Shown here piece by piece: positions 38,099 to 47,869 of a stretch of DNA of 64,000 nt. How positions within the stretch are numbered: position 1 is the stretch's first letter; each line of letters starts with the position of its first letter. Source of the stretch: Candidatus Kapaibacterium sp. (lineage in GTDB: Bacteria > Bacteroidota > Ignavibacteria > Kapaibacteriales > UBA2268); the NCBI GenBank assembly GCA_963665665.1, contig OY762428.1:1888001-1952000 (forward strand). Direction: 5' to 3'. The notes beneath the pieces were generated by a model. It was not told where the DNA came from and did no database searches. It saw only the letters and a program-made list of their open reading frames with translations. Made by a program: the position numbers and the translations under genes.

Positions 38099-40125
38099 TT
38101 TATTAACTTGTAATAATAAATTTTATTTGTTTTTGTTTTTACAACCACAATACCAGGCTGTTGGGTTAAATTTGAATACATATCCTCTACAGAAAGACAG
38201 GTGCCGGTTAAAATGCCATCAATGGAGTATATGTTAATTGATTCAATATCTAAGGAGTTGATATCAGGCAATCTATCCGGAGTTCCGGAATAATTTAATT
38301 CTTCTACCGAAGTAACTTTGTCACATTTCCAGAGTCTGCCTCTATCATCAAGGTAATAGACAATATTATCAATATTAATTATTTCATAAATTGATCGAGG
38401 ATTGGTCGCCACATGGATTGGAATCTTTGTAATATCAGTTAATTGCACATCATCAATATCTTTTACAAAATATATATTTTCATTGGCAGAAACTAACAAG
38501 TCGTCTCCATATTTTTCAAAACACCCAGTTGCATAAAAAAAATCTATTCGTCTAAATAAAATATTTTCAATTTCAAGATTTTCAGAATCTATTAGTTGAA
38601 TATCACTTCCACGCGGATTTATGATTAAATCATTACCATTGAACAAATATGAATTGGTTATTATATATTCGTGATATATTGGATTGTCCAGGTTTTTGAT
38701 TTCGTTATTATAATCATATGAACATAGATTGAAGGTATTACCCTCTATTCTCTTAAAAAATAAAATTTTATCATCAGTAGCTTTTATTATACGGAAACAT
38801 TTATCCACATAATATCCTCTAAGAATTTCCAAAGAATTGAAATCCAGTTCCATAACACTATTTTCTGTTGAACACCAAATCGAATTCGTTGAAGAGGAAT
38901 AATGTATACTTGAAAGGGTTTCTCCGAAATCATGTTTTAGTGATAAATTATTTTCAATATCATAAATAACAATCTGATTTGTGATTTCCTGATAGATAAG
39001 ACCTCTGGGATAAACAGAATAAGCGTTTTGAGCTGATATATATATATAATTTAATGGTTCGTTATCAACGGTTTGTATCAACATTCTTGGCGGATCAGAA
39101 TAATTTTGATTATAGAGAATTCCGAGATAACCGTTAATGTTAATCATTGTTCTCGGACATGTTATATTGCTCATATTGATTAAGTATTCTGCCTTACCTT
39201 CAATGATGGTATAAATACTCGGCCCAATAGAATAAACAATTTGGGAATTCCCATAAATATGTAAAGCCAAAGTGCCAATATTTGCTGTTTCTTTTGTTTC
39301 AAGGTTGTATGTATTTACTTCTCTGTTCTCATCACGATAATATATCAGGTTGTCTTTGAATCCAATTTTAAAGCTAAAGTAATATCCTGTCGGGACTTCT
39401 GTTTCTTCTTTTTTGTTTACATCATAAATATGCATTTTGGAAAACGATCCGTTTTCATAATATCGGAAAATGATATAATCATTACCATTGTAGCGATAAT
39501 GATAAAAGTCTTCTAAATCTATGGATGTTAGCTCTTTAATCAATTTGAGCTCGCCGTTAATGAATTGATAAACATCACTGTTCCTTAACAAAATGAAAAG
39601 GTTGTTTTCATCAACAGCAAATACTTTTTCAATTGTAGAGCCGTCAGGCAATGAAAAGAAATCGGAATATTTTTTCAGGGTTTCTTTGTTTTTATAATCA
39701 TATAGGATAATATGATAGTTGCTGTAAAATAATAAATTATCGTTGCAGTAGATAATTGACTTAAAGCCTTCTAATCTCGGGTCCTGATAAATTCTCCTTT
39801 CATTTGTTTCATAATTCAGATATAATATCTTATCTTCACAAATTGATAACCATAAGTTGTTCTCATCATTCAGGCATGAGCCACCCCCTAAGTTCAATAC
39901 ATCGTCATCAATATCTTTGAAAAGAAGATAATTAAAGTTCATAATCAATTTATTTTTTCGAAATAACCAGACTTCATCGCCAGCATTGACTTCGACAATA
40001 CTCTCATCCGCATTTACTGAATTTGAACGTAGTTCAGCCGAAGGATATACAGACACTAATTCGCTTCCACGGGATTGAATAATTGCGGAAAAAAGTATAA
40101 GCAGAATAAATATTGATCTTTTCAT
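38095..40125 (-). CDS. Secreted beta-propeller-like protein with possible T9SS CTD
   Basis: Signal peptide; TSVEE linker; INIYSIDG...PGI......YYYKLIK. Confidence 0.65.
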   Translation of the reverse strand: MKRSIFILLILFSAIIQSRGSELVSVYPSAELRSNSVNADESIVEVNAGDEVWLFRKNKLIMNFNYLLFKDIDDDVLNLGGGSCLNDENNLWLSICEDKILYLNYETNERRIYQDPRLEGFKSIIYCNDNLLFYSNYHIILYDYKNKETLKKYSDFFSLPDGSTIEKVFAVDENNLFILLRNSDVYQFINGELKLIKELTSIDLEDFYHYRYNGNDYIIFRYYENGSFSKMHIYDVNKKEETEVPTGYYFSFKIGFKDNLIYYRDENREVNTYNLETKETANIGTLALHIYGNSQIVYSIGPSIYTIIEGKAEYLINMSNITCPRTMININGYLGILYNQNYSDPPRMLIQTVDNEPLNYIYISAQNAYSVYPRGLIYQEITNQIVIYDIENNLSLKHDFGETLSSIHYSSSTNSIWCSTENSVMELDFNSLEILRGYYVDKCFRIIKATDDKILFFKRIEGNTFNLCSYDYNNEIKNLDNPIYHEYIITNSYLFNGNDLIINPRGSDIQLIDSENLEIENILFRRIDFFYATGCFEKYGDDLLVSANENIYFVKDIDDVQLTDITKIPIHVATNPRSIYEIINIDNIVYYLDDRGRLWKCDKVTSVEELNYSGTPDRLPDINSLDIESINIYSIDGILTGTCLSVEDMYSNLTQQPGIVVVKTKTNKIYYYKLIK

Positions 40126-40354
40126 TTTGGGCTTACTCCGTTTTTAATAATTAAAGGTAATATAAAAAGTGTTCGAAGAATACAATATACAAAAACTGTA
40201 TAAGAATAGAACAATTACCATGAATTTCATTTTCCTGAATATTTCACTGCCTTCCACTTTTTTTTTGCCCCCATCCTATAAAGCGCTTCATTGGTAATTC
40301 CTTACGTTTTAATCGTATATTTAGTAATAGCGCTTGCCAATAAGCATATATATA

Positions 40355-41017
40355 CTAACGGATTATTTGATTCATAACTTTTTGTATCAGCCCGTAAGGG
40401 ATTTTAAAGTGATTCTCATTTCCCCATAAATCTATAAGTAGATTCTCCGGCTCGGAATTTGGCTCCCATGAATCGCTTTCTTCGTGATTATCCGCATAAA
40501 TGCCATTTCCAAGATTGTAACCGTAGTTGAATTCTGTTACCCAGGGGAAAAGGCATGTCAAATCTTCTTTTTCACCTTCAATATAAATGATCGCCCTGTT
40601 GGAAACAAAGCCAATAACAGGTTCTTCAATATGGCTGGATATTTTTCCCGTGGGGAAATCCTTATCCACCAAAAGAATAAACCCGGCCCCCAATGATGAA
40701 GGCGGCATGTTGGTACAAGCCAGTGTTGGCGGATAATCTTTGAATTCAACCAGGAAGGTCATATTTTCCCAATCGATATCTCCTTCGCCCCAAACAAAAA
40801 CATGATCCTCGGCTGATACGGTTACAGCCCATGCAATCACTACCTTAGCGTCAGGTGGTATATCCCGATTGTTGGGATTTTGGATTTTGCCGGATACTTT
40901 ATAAATAACTTCTTTAACATCGTTATTGTTGTCATCGTCATTTTCGGTAATAGTGGTTGCATCGTTGCAAGAAATCAAGGTAATGATAAGAACTAATAGA
41001 ACTGATATTTTCTTCAT
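40355..41017 (-). CDS. Lipoprotein (CxDATT array; family A)
   Basis: LISC-NDATT; SGKIQNPNNRDIP. Confidence 0.8.
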   Translation of the reverse strand: MKKISVLLVLIITLISCNDATTITENDDDNNNDVKEVIYKVSGKIQNPNNRDIPPDAKVVIAWAVTVSAEDHVFVWGEGDIDWENMTFLVEFKDYPPTLACTNMPPSSLGAGFILLVDKDFPTGKISSHIEEPVIGFVSNRAIIYIEGEKEDLTCLFPWVTEFNYGYNLGNGIYADNHEESDSWEPNSEPENLLIDLWGNENHFKIPYGLIQKVMNQIIR

Positions 41018-41036
41018 ATTTTATTCCTCTGTTAAA

Positions 41037-41636
41037 TTAAAACCAATATGGAAAAGAGGGCATTGGATTATCCGCAATTAATTGTATCAATAAATTGTTT
41101 TTATCATCATACTGTTCCCAATACCCGTTAACTTCATCGGTATAAACTGCCGAAGCAAAATTATAGCCATTTTTGAAAGAAGCAGTCCATGGAAGAAGAT
41201 TTTTTAGTTCGCTTCTGTCGCCGGCAATATAAATAATTGCCCTGTCCGACAAAAAACCTAAATAGTCGTCTTCATTGGGCTCGCTGAATTTTCCTTTTGG
41301 AAAGTCATTTGTTACAAACATTAAATAGCCGACTGCAATCTGCGCGTTGCCAAAAGTATTAATCACTTCCTGGTCAGGTATGGATTCCATGGGTATTTTG
41401 AAAGATAGATCGGAAAAATTTATATTAAAATCTCCGCTGGAATAAAGGTACTGTTCGGAATTATCAATAACAAGCCATACCAGCGCTAATTTACTATCGC
41501 CGGGAACGGAGCGGTTATTGGGGTTTTCAATCTTACCTTTTAAAACAAACATATCAGCGTCAGGGTCTGTTGTCGCATCATTGCACGAGAACAAAGAAAT
41601 AGAGCCGAAAAGGAATAATATTAGGAGCTTCTTCAT
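41037..41636 (-). CDS. Lipoprotein (CxDATT array; family A)
   Basis: LFSC-NDATT; GKIENPNNRSVP. Confidence 0.8.
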   Translation of the reverse strand: MKKLLILFLFGSISLFSCNDATTDPDADMFVLKGKIENPNNRSVPGDSKLALVWLVIDNSEQYLYSSGDFNINFSDLSFKIPMESIPDQEVINTFGNAQIAVGYLMFVTNDFPKGKFSEPNEDDYLGFLSDRAIIYIAGDRSELKNLLPWTASFKNGYNFASAVYTDEVNGYWEQYDDKNNLLIQLIADNPMPSFPYWF

Positions 41637-41694
41637 TTACAAACCTTCTTTTATATCCAATTAAAATCATTATTTACCTGATGAATAATACACT

Positions 41695-42465
41695 CTAATT
41701 CTTCACATTAAAGGGATAATAGTAGCTGTTGCCGTTGTTGGAATATTTCATGATATAAAAGCCGTTATCAAGATCCCCGCCGTTGAATGAATAAACTTGT
41801 GGTCCGACAGGATATACTCCGCTATATACTGTTTTTACATTAGTAAATTCCGAATCTGCTTTATGTATGCTTACCATTAATGGATCGGTACTTTCTACCT
41901 GATATTGTATCGTTCCCACTTCTTTAACCGGTTGTGGCCTAATAGCCATATTTGATTTTTGTTGTGTCAGGTCAAAAACAAGCTTTGTATCATAGTCGTC
42001 CATCAAATTGAGATAGTAATTGCCACCTTCCATCCAATCCGGCGCTATTCCGTATTTGTAAAGGAACCTGTCCTTGTCCTGGTAAATCAGATCATATTCA
42101 AGAACTGTGAATGTATCGGTTTCGAAAGTAATTTCATCGCCTATCGAGGCCCGTATTTTGTAATTGATATTTTTTTCGGCATTAGAAAATACAAAGAAGC
42201 CGTCCAGAGTATCAGAGGACTTTGTATTAGTTGTGGCTGCTATATTACCGCCTTCAATCAGTTCCAGCTTAATATCCGAAAACCCCTTATACTGCAAATA
42301 ATTACCTACAAATTGGCCGTTGTCCAGTATGGAGTCGCATTTGAAAGTTATCAGCCCGATAATATTGATACCATTATTTTCGCTGTTATCCGGTTTTGTA
42401 GTTGCATCAGGGCAGCCCGCCAATGCAAACATGCATAATAAGATAATAATTGATAGTTTTTTCAT
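41695..42465 (-). CDS. Lipoprotein (CxDATT array) with T9SS-CTD-like end
   Basis: LAGC-PDATT; RPQP...LDNGFYIMK. Confidence 0.75.
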   Translation of the reverse strand: MKKLSIIILLCMFALAGCPDATTKPDNSENNGINIIGLITFKCDSILDNGQFVGNYLQYKGFSDIKLELIEGGNIAATTNTKSSDTLDGFFVFSNAEKNINYKIRASIGDEITFETDTFTVLEYDLIYQDKDRFLYKYGIAPDWMEGGNYYLNLMDDYDTKLVFDLTQQKSNMAIRPQPVKEVGTIQYQVESTDPLMVSIHKADSEFTNVKTVYSGVYPVGPQVYSFNGGDLDNGFYIMKYSNNGNSYYYPFNVKN

Positions 42466-42474
42466 GATATTTTT

Positions 42475-42879
42475 TTATTCAGTTATTGAAATATTTTTAT
42501 TTACTAAAGAAGTTTGGCCCTTATTTTCAACCATTGCAGTAATTTGAACATCTCCCGCAATTATTGCTTTAAAGGCCGATATTGCAGAATACCTGTTATC
42601 ATCTTCCGAGCTGTTTGTAGTAAAACTTATAGCCATTTTCCCAATATCGTTGTTGGCATATTTGTATTCAATTTTAACATCGGCATATACGAGTTTTTTG
42701 TTTGATTGAATTTCTACAATTATTGAATCCTGGATTGAAAAACTTGATTTGTTCGTTTTTTCAGAATCGAGATAGGTAAGAATTCCGATTTCAAAATCTT
42801 GTTCCGGATTTGTTGTAGCATCATCACATGAAATTATTGCAAACATGCTTAATAAGATAATAATTGATAGTTTTTTCAT
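42475..42879 (-). CDS. Lipoprotein (CxDATT array), Ig-like
   Basis: IISC-DDATT; beta-rich body. Confidence 0.75.
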   Translation of the reverse strand: MKKLSIIILLSMFAIISCDDATTNPEQDFEIGILTYLDSEKTNKSSFSIQDSIIVEIQSNKKLVYADVKIEYKYANNDIGKMAISFTTNSSEDDNRYSAISAFKAIIAGDVQITAMVENKGQTSLVNKNISITE

Positions 42880-42904
42880 TGTATTCTCTTAGTACTATGT
42901 ATTT

Positions 42905-44080
42905 TCAATATTCCCACAGGGGCTTCTTAGATATATGCCAACCTGTTCCGTTATCAGCTTCCACCAAAATTTTCCCGTCATCTGTTGATAAAATTAACGG
43001 CTTCCAATACATATCAAAAAACAATACCTGCTCTTTTGTTTGTCCATTATCTGATGATTTGTAAAAACCTTCGGATTTCACGGAATCTGCCTCGATTTCT
43101 GTTCGCACAAAGTATATATTGTTTGTATTGTCCACATCAATATAATCCAAATTACAGTTGTTGTCCGGATTATTATTATCCAAATATTGTATGTCCCGTT
43201 CATCCCATATTATGCCACCATCCGAAAAATAAGTAGTTGATCCGACTTTCGGTATATACGCCCATTGTCCGTTCATGCATTCTTTAACTGTAAATGATTC
43301 ATCAGGATAATGGTCATAATTTATTCCACTTACATTCTCAAGAGATTTTGATGTCATATTGTCAGAGAAATAAAATCCCTTATAAGTAAATATTATCAAC
43401 TTATCGTTTATCATTTCCATTTCACATCCAAATATTTCACTGGTTTTCTGCCATTCGGCGCTGAATGATTCCTTATAAAATAAATCATACCAGCCCGCTC
43501 CGAGATCCACCGAAATTAAAATTTCCCCCTTATTGTTTACAAAACCGTTATTGATCTTATAAACTATCTGCTTTGGATTGCTTGCCGTCCAGATGACAGG
43601 CATATCGATACTTATCCATTTATTACCATTTGCATTGTACATAACAATACAACTTGAGTCGCTAATTTCCGCAGAAGAATTATTTACAACATTCCTGCCG
43701 AAGATATAATACATATTATCATTCTTGTCTTTAGCAAATTTCCTGAAATAAATACCGTATTCTTCTGAACTTGTATATTTCAGCGGTTTTTCAATAGTGG
43801 TTTCCCATGTTGAATTAAACTCATCAAATTTGTAAATGTATAAATCCCGGTCTCTCTTTTTATCATCATTGTCAACTCCGTTGCCCCAAATTTCATCATT
43901 TATTTTTGTTACTGAAATAATATTTTTTTCACACTTTATCGCTGTAAAATTGTTTAGAATTTCAGTTTCATAGTCATAGCCGTATAAATTATTATCATTA
44001 TCATCAGGAGTTACTGTCGCATCTTCGCAGGAAATAAATGCAAAAAAAGCAGATAGAAGAATGATGGATATTAGTTTCAT
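42905..44080 (-). CDS. Lipoprotein (CxDATT array), beta-propeller/BNR
   Basis: FISC-EDATV; KSSDNGQT Asp-box. Confidence 0.75.
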   Translation of the reverse strand: MKLISIILLSAFFAFISCEDATVTPDDNDNNLYGYDYETEILNNFTAIKCEKNIISVTKINDEIWGNGVDNDDKKRDRDLYIYKFDEFNSTWETTIEKPLKYTSSEEYGIYFRKFAKDKNDNMYYIFGRNVVNNSSAEISDSSCIVMYNANGNKWISIDMPVIWTASNPKQIVYKINNGFVNNKGEILISVDLGAGWYDLFYKESFSAEWQKTSEIFGCEMEMINDKLIIFTYKGFYFSDNMTSKSLENVSGINYDHYPDESFTVKECMNGQWAYIPKVGSTTYFSDGGIIWDERDIQYLDNNNPDNNCNLDYIDVDNTNNIYFVRTEIEADSVKSEGFYKSSDNGQTKEQVLFFDMYWKPLILSTDDGKILVEADNGTGWHISKKPLWEY

Positions 44081-44103
44081 TTCGTCACCAGTTATTATTA
44101 TTA

Positions 44104-44751
44104 TTAATTTTTCGGTTTCCAGTCGGGATAACGTTTTTCATTTTCATCCCAAAGCTTGCCCAGGTCAATTACAATATCAGATTCTGAACTGCTTATGCTC
44201 CAGCCTTCCAAACCTGTTTGAGCATTTGTTGTGTAATCGGCGCTTCCCAAACTAAAGCCTGCTGAAAATCTATCTACCCAGGGCATTGACATACTGATAA
44301 TTCCTTTTTCTCCTTCTATAAAGATCAAAGCATTATCTGTTACCGTACCAATTTTCGCCCCATAGATGTCGTTCCAGGAATCATATTTGCCGAGTGGATA
44401 ACTTTCCTTAACAAGCATAATATATGCAACCCCGAGTTTCCCGGAATTATAGGCGTTAATACATGTATCTGACGGTAACTCACTAAGGTCAATATGAAAA
44501 GTCATATCTGACTTATTAAAAGTACCTTCATGAGAAACCCAGGCATAAGACGGAGATGCTTTATATACATGCCACAACAGTACTGCTTTAGCATCCTCAG
44601 GGATAAAATTTTTATTTGGATTTAATACCTTTCCACTGATTTCTTTCAGATTCTCCCAAGTGTTTGTTTTAGGGTCAGGTTTTGTAGTAGCGTCCTTGCA
44701 GCTAATGAATGCAAAAATGCCGAGAAAGAAAATGATTGATAGTTTTTTCAT
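44104..44751 (-). CDS. Lipoprotein (CxDATT array; family A)
   Basis: FISC-KDATT; SGKVLNPNKNFIP. Confidence 0.8.
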   Translation of the reverse strand: MKKLSIIFFLGIFAFISCKDATTKPDPKTNTWENLKEISGKVLNPNKNFIPEDAKAVLLWHVYKASPSYAWVSHEGTFNKSDMTFHIDLSELPSDTCINAYNSGKLGVAYIMLVKESYPLGKYDSWNDIYGAKIGTVTDNALIFIEGEKGIISMSMPWVDRFSAGFSLGSADYTTNAQTGLEGWSISSSESDIVIDLGKLWDENEKRYPDWKPKN

Positions 44752-44762
44752 GCTAATTCCTT

Positions 44763-45392
44763 TTATTTCCAGTTTGGAAATTTAATTTTAATATCATCAG
44801 TTTGGTCTTCTTCTAACATTAGTTCAATGTTATCAGTATCCGAATCAGGAATCCAATTGTCATGAACTTCGTTTGTATAAACACCTTCAGCCCAGTTGTA
44901 ATTCTCTGCCATATCATTTAGCCAGGGGTAATATTCCACAAAATTAGTCATATCTCCTGAAGTAAATATTATAGAATGACTTGAAACCGCTCCAATCAAT
45001 TTCGGGGCGTGTATTTCATCATCCCAGACACCTGTTTGAAAATCTTTTTGAACCAGAAATAAATAATTTACGCAAAAACTATTATTTCCATCAAGAGTTA
45101 ATGATAACGAATCCGGAATTGTCGATAAATCAACATCAAAAGACAAATTTGATTTTTTAAATTCAAACTCTCCCCATGTGTAAGCATAATCTCCGTTATT
45201 TTCTGATTGAACTAATGAATATAGAACAATTTTAGCATCGGTTGGAATATCCCTGTTGTTTGGATTTAATACTTTACCGCTTATTTTGAATAAGCTTCTA
45301 TCACCATTGTTGTTAACGGGACTTGTTGTTGCATCATCACAGGAAATGATTATAAAAAGGCTTAATAAGAATAAAATCGATAGTTTTTTCAT
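44763..45392 (-). CDS. Lipoprotein (CxDATT array; family A)
   Basis: IISC-DDATT; SGKVLNPNNRDIP. Confidence 0.8.
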   Translation of the reverse strand: MKKLSILFLLSLFIIISCDDATTSPVNNNGDRSLFKISGKVLNPNNRDIPTDAKIVLYSLVQSENNGDYAYTWGEFEFKKSNLSFDVDLSTIPDSLSLTLDGNNSFCVNYLFLVQKDFQTGVWDDEIHAPKLIGAVSSHSIIFTSGDMTNFVEYYPWLNDMAENYNWAEGVYTNEVHDNWIPDSDTDNIELMLEEDQTDDIKIKFPNWK

Positions 45393-45444
45393 AGTTTGTT
45401 TCCTTGAGATTAGAAGTAAAAAATTTATTTACAATATTCTATCG

Positions 45445-45573
45445 GAGCTGTCCCAAAAATTCGAAAAGCTATTATTCTGAGTGCAGCGAAGAATCAATAA
45501 CCCGCATGAATACTGGATTCTTCACTTCGTTCAGAATGACAAATCGTAAAATATTTCATATCATAGAGACATC
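45445..45573. mobile_element. REP-like element (45470-45541) inside degenerate MITE-like ends
   Basis: GAGCTGTCCCAAAA ... ATTCTGAGTGCAGCGAAGAATC...GGATTCTTCACTTCGTTCAGAATGACA ... GAGACATC. Confidence 0.65.
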
Positions 45574-45588
45574 ACCTATTTTTTGTAC

Positions 45589-46773
45589 CTAAAAATTCAG
45601 CATAATTCCATAGTTCAAACTGATCTTGCCCGATAATTCATAGTTGCCGTTGTACCTGTATCCAAGTGCCGAACCTTCAATGGCAGCATAGAGTTTGATA
45701 ATTGTTTCCGGTTTCCAGATCAGGCCCAGCCTGGTTTTTACAAAAGGCCCAACGTTTGTTCCGCCTATGATGTTTTCAGAAAAGAATAAAACTGTCGGCA
45801 TTTTTTCATAATCAGCAAACTCATGCTTATATTTTAAGCCATATAAATTAAGGGATTTATTCAAATTCAGCTCATCGTTCCGGGCAATAAAAATATCATA
45901 GGTTTCCCTGCCCGCTTCAAATCCAAGGTAATCATTCTCATCCAGTTTCAGGCTTATTCCTACAGTGAAATTATTCAGGGTGTTGTCGAAGCTTGCGATT
46001 TGCAGCCTTTTCGGGAAAAGGTATATTCCTGTAATATTCGAGCTTGAAAGTTCAAATCCTGACAGAAAGCGCAATAAACCGGATTTCTTTTTGCCAATTA
46101 TGCCCGGCTCATTAATTGTGAGAGTAGCAGCATTGATAAAGTCAGTATCATTATATGTATAGCTGCCAATTGGAATGTTATTATTTTCCATTGCGATGTA
46201 TGCAATTTCAATTTCAGGGATTTTATCTACAGGAACTTCTTCATTTTCAATTTTTTCCGAAATGGTTTCATTTTTACTTAGTGAAACAATGCTATTTTCA
46301 ATAAATCTCTCTTCCTTTACCTTAGCAACAGGAGAGGAATAAGAAATCATCTGATCATTTTGCGATTTTGCTTTTTCTTCAATTGCCTTGGCTTCAATAT
46401 TATTTTCCGGCAGTAAAGTTGCATATTCCAGCGTAACATTTGAAGCATTCGAATCCTCGTCGGATAGAATTCCGTTGGCAAGGAATCCAAGGATAAACAC
46501 TGAAGCGAATATGCCGAATCTGAGTAAATAGGAAAGAATTGGCCCGGACTGATATATCCCTGCCGCCTTAAACAGTTTGGATTTACTGCTGGCATCAGGC
46601 ACAGCACGAATATTATCTTTAACAACCCCATTGTGGAACAGCATAAGCTCATGGAACTCATCCTGAAGCTCAGGGTTCCCGGCCAGGCCGTTAAACAGTT
46701 CCGACCTTTCGCCGGGAGTTGTTTCGCCGTCTTTAAAAACGTATAGCAAATCTATTAGTCGTTCATTTTCCAT
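45589..46773 (-). CDS. Putative anti-sigma factor with C-terminal outer-membrane beta-barrel
   Basis: N-terminal L....DGE....E...L....A.NPEL, one TM helix, low-complexity linker, beta strands ending in F; downstream of ECF sigma. Confidence 0.7.
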   Translation of the reverse strand: MENERLIDLLYVFKDGETTPGERSELFNGLAGNPELQDEFHELMLFHNGVVKDNIRAVPDASSKSKLFKAAGIYQSGPILSYLLRFGIFASVFILGFLANGILSDEDSNASNVTLEYATLLPENNIEAKAIEEKAKSQNDQMISYSSPVAKVKEERFIENSIVSLSKNETISEKIENEEVPVDKIPEIEIAYIAMENNNIPIGSYTYNDTDFINAATLTINEPGIIGKKKSGLLRFLSGFELSSSNITGIYLFPKRLQIASFDNTLNNFTVGISLKLDENDYLGFEAGRETYDIFIARNDELNLNKSLNLYGLKYKHEFADYEKMPTVLFFSENIIGGTNVGPFVKTRLGLIWKPETIIKLYAAIEGSALGYRYNGNYELSGKISLNYGIMLNF

Positions 46774-46874
46774 TTCTAATTCTGCTTAGTAAAAATTACA
46801 AAATGATAATATTATCTGATATTTCTGATAAAGGCCTTCCCACCATATCCGGATGAACGGCTTTAGAAGCTTCG

Positions 46875-47024
46875 GAGGCTGTCTCAAAAGGTAGAATAAC
46901 TGTCATTCTGAGCGCAGCGAAGAATCTATAAACCTCATAAATACTGGATTCTTCACTTCGTTCAGCCTGCCCTCGATTAATCGGGGAATGACAACACACC
47001 AAAATTCTGAATAAAGAGACATCC
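46875..47024. mobile_element. REP-like element (46901-46993) in MITE-like ends, with a 21-nt hairpin insertion
   Basis: GAGGCTGTCTCAAAA ... TGTCATTCTGAGCGCAGCGAAGAATCT ... TTCAG[CCTGCCCTCGATTAATCGGGG]AATGACA ... GAGACATCC. Confidence 0.7.
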
Positions 47025-47101
47025 AGTGGGGTGGGGTCGGGGAGACTAAAATCAATTAGTTTTCTCAGAATATCTATTTTTGCCAGTAAGCTATTCATTT
47101 T

Positions 47102-47653
47102 TCAACTCGCTTCCGTTTGATAGGATTTGATATATTCCCTGACTTCCCGTTTAGCCCTTACAACCCTGTTGCGCACTGTGCTAATCGGGATATCAAGTAT
47201 ATTTGCAATTTCTTTGTATGAGAAACCTTCAAAAACCTGAAGAATAAAAGCTTCCTTGTGTTCAACAGGAATTTTATTCAGTGCATGTTCAATAATTGAA
47301 TTCAATTCTATGCTTTCCATATTATTTTCAGTACAAACAAGATGCGATTCTTCAAGCTCAACATTTTTTGTTTTCCCGGATCTCCTTCTATTCAGGCATG
47401 TATTTTTTGCAATCCTGAAAAGAAGGCCGCTTATGTTATTTATTTCCCTGTTTTCTTTTATATAAAGCAGAAATTTCATCATAGCCTCCTGGAAGGCGTC
47501 TTCAGCTTCTGTTTTATCTCCCATAAACTTCAGGCAATAAGTATAGATTTGTGAAGAGTACAATTCATACACTCTTTCAAATGCTTTTTTATACTTACCT
47601 TTCCGGATGTATTTTATTATTTCCGTTTCACTATTTTCTGCTTTTATCGCCAT
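47102..47653 (-). CDS. ECF RNA polymerase sigma factor
   Basis: AEDAFQE, LFRIAKN.CLN, EGFSYKEIA.IL.IPISTVRNR..RAK. Confidence 0.93.
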   Translation of the reverse strand: MAIKAENSETEIIKYIRKGKYKKAFERVYELYSSQIYTYCLKFMGDKTEAEDAFQEAMMKFLLYIKENREINNISGLLFRIAKNTCLNRRRSGKTKNVELEESHLVCTENNMESIELNSIIEHALNKIPVEHKEAFILQVFEGFSYKEIANILDIPISTVRNRVVRAKREVREYIKSYQTEAS

Positions 47654-47665
47654 TCATTAACTAAG

Positions 47666-47690
47666 GCACATTAAAATTCAATTTGTTTCA
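47666..47690 (-). promoter_or_regulatory. Putative autoregulatory ECF promoter
   Basis: TGAAAC-N15-GTGC, 12 nt before the sigma ATG; same geometry at 55636 and 59286. Confidence 0.6.
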
Positions 47691-47728
47691 AAAATAATTA
47701 AAAAATTATGATGGGGACAAAACTTCTC

Positions 47729-47865
47729 TTGTGAACTATAGCAGCACGGAAAATTTACCTCATTTCCCAAACACTATTCTATCCGTATTATTACCCGCCA
47801 AAGCAGGGGCTTTGGCAGGAGGGGATAAACGATTTCTTCTCTATCCAAGACACCTGCCTGGGATA
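47729..47865. repeat. ~138-bp hairpin-containing repeat, copy 1
   Basis: TTGTGAACTATAGCA...CCCGCCAAAGCAGGGGCTTTGGCAG...CCTGCCTGGGATA. Confidence 0.85.
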
Positions 47866-47869
47866 ACAT

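Noticed and set aside
46796-47098. 100-aa ORF between sigma and anti-sigma
   Set aside because: Mostly a translation of the REP/MITE element.
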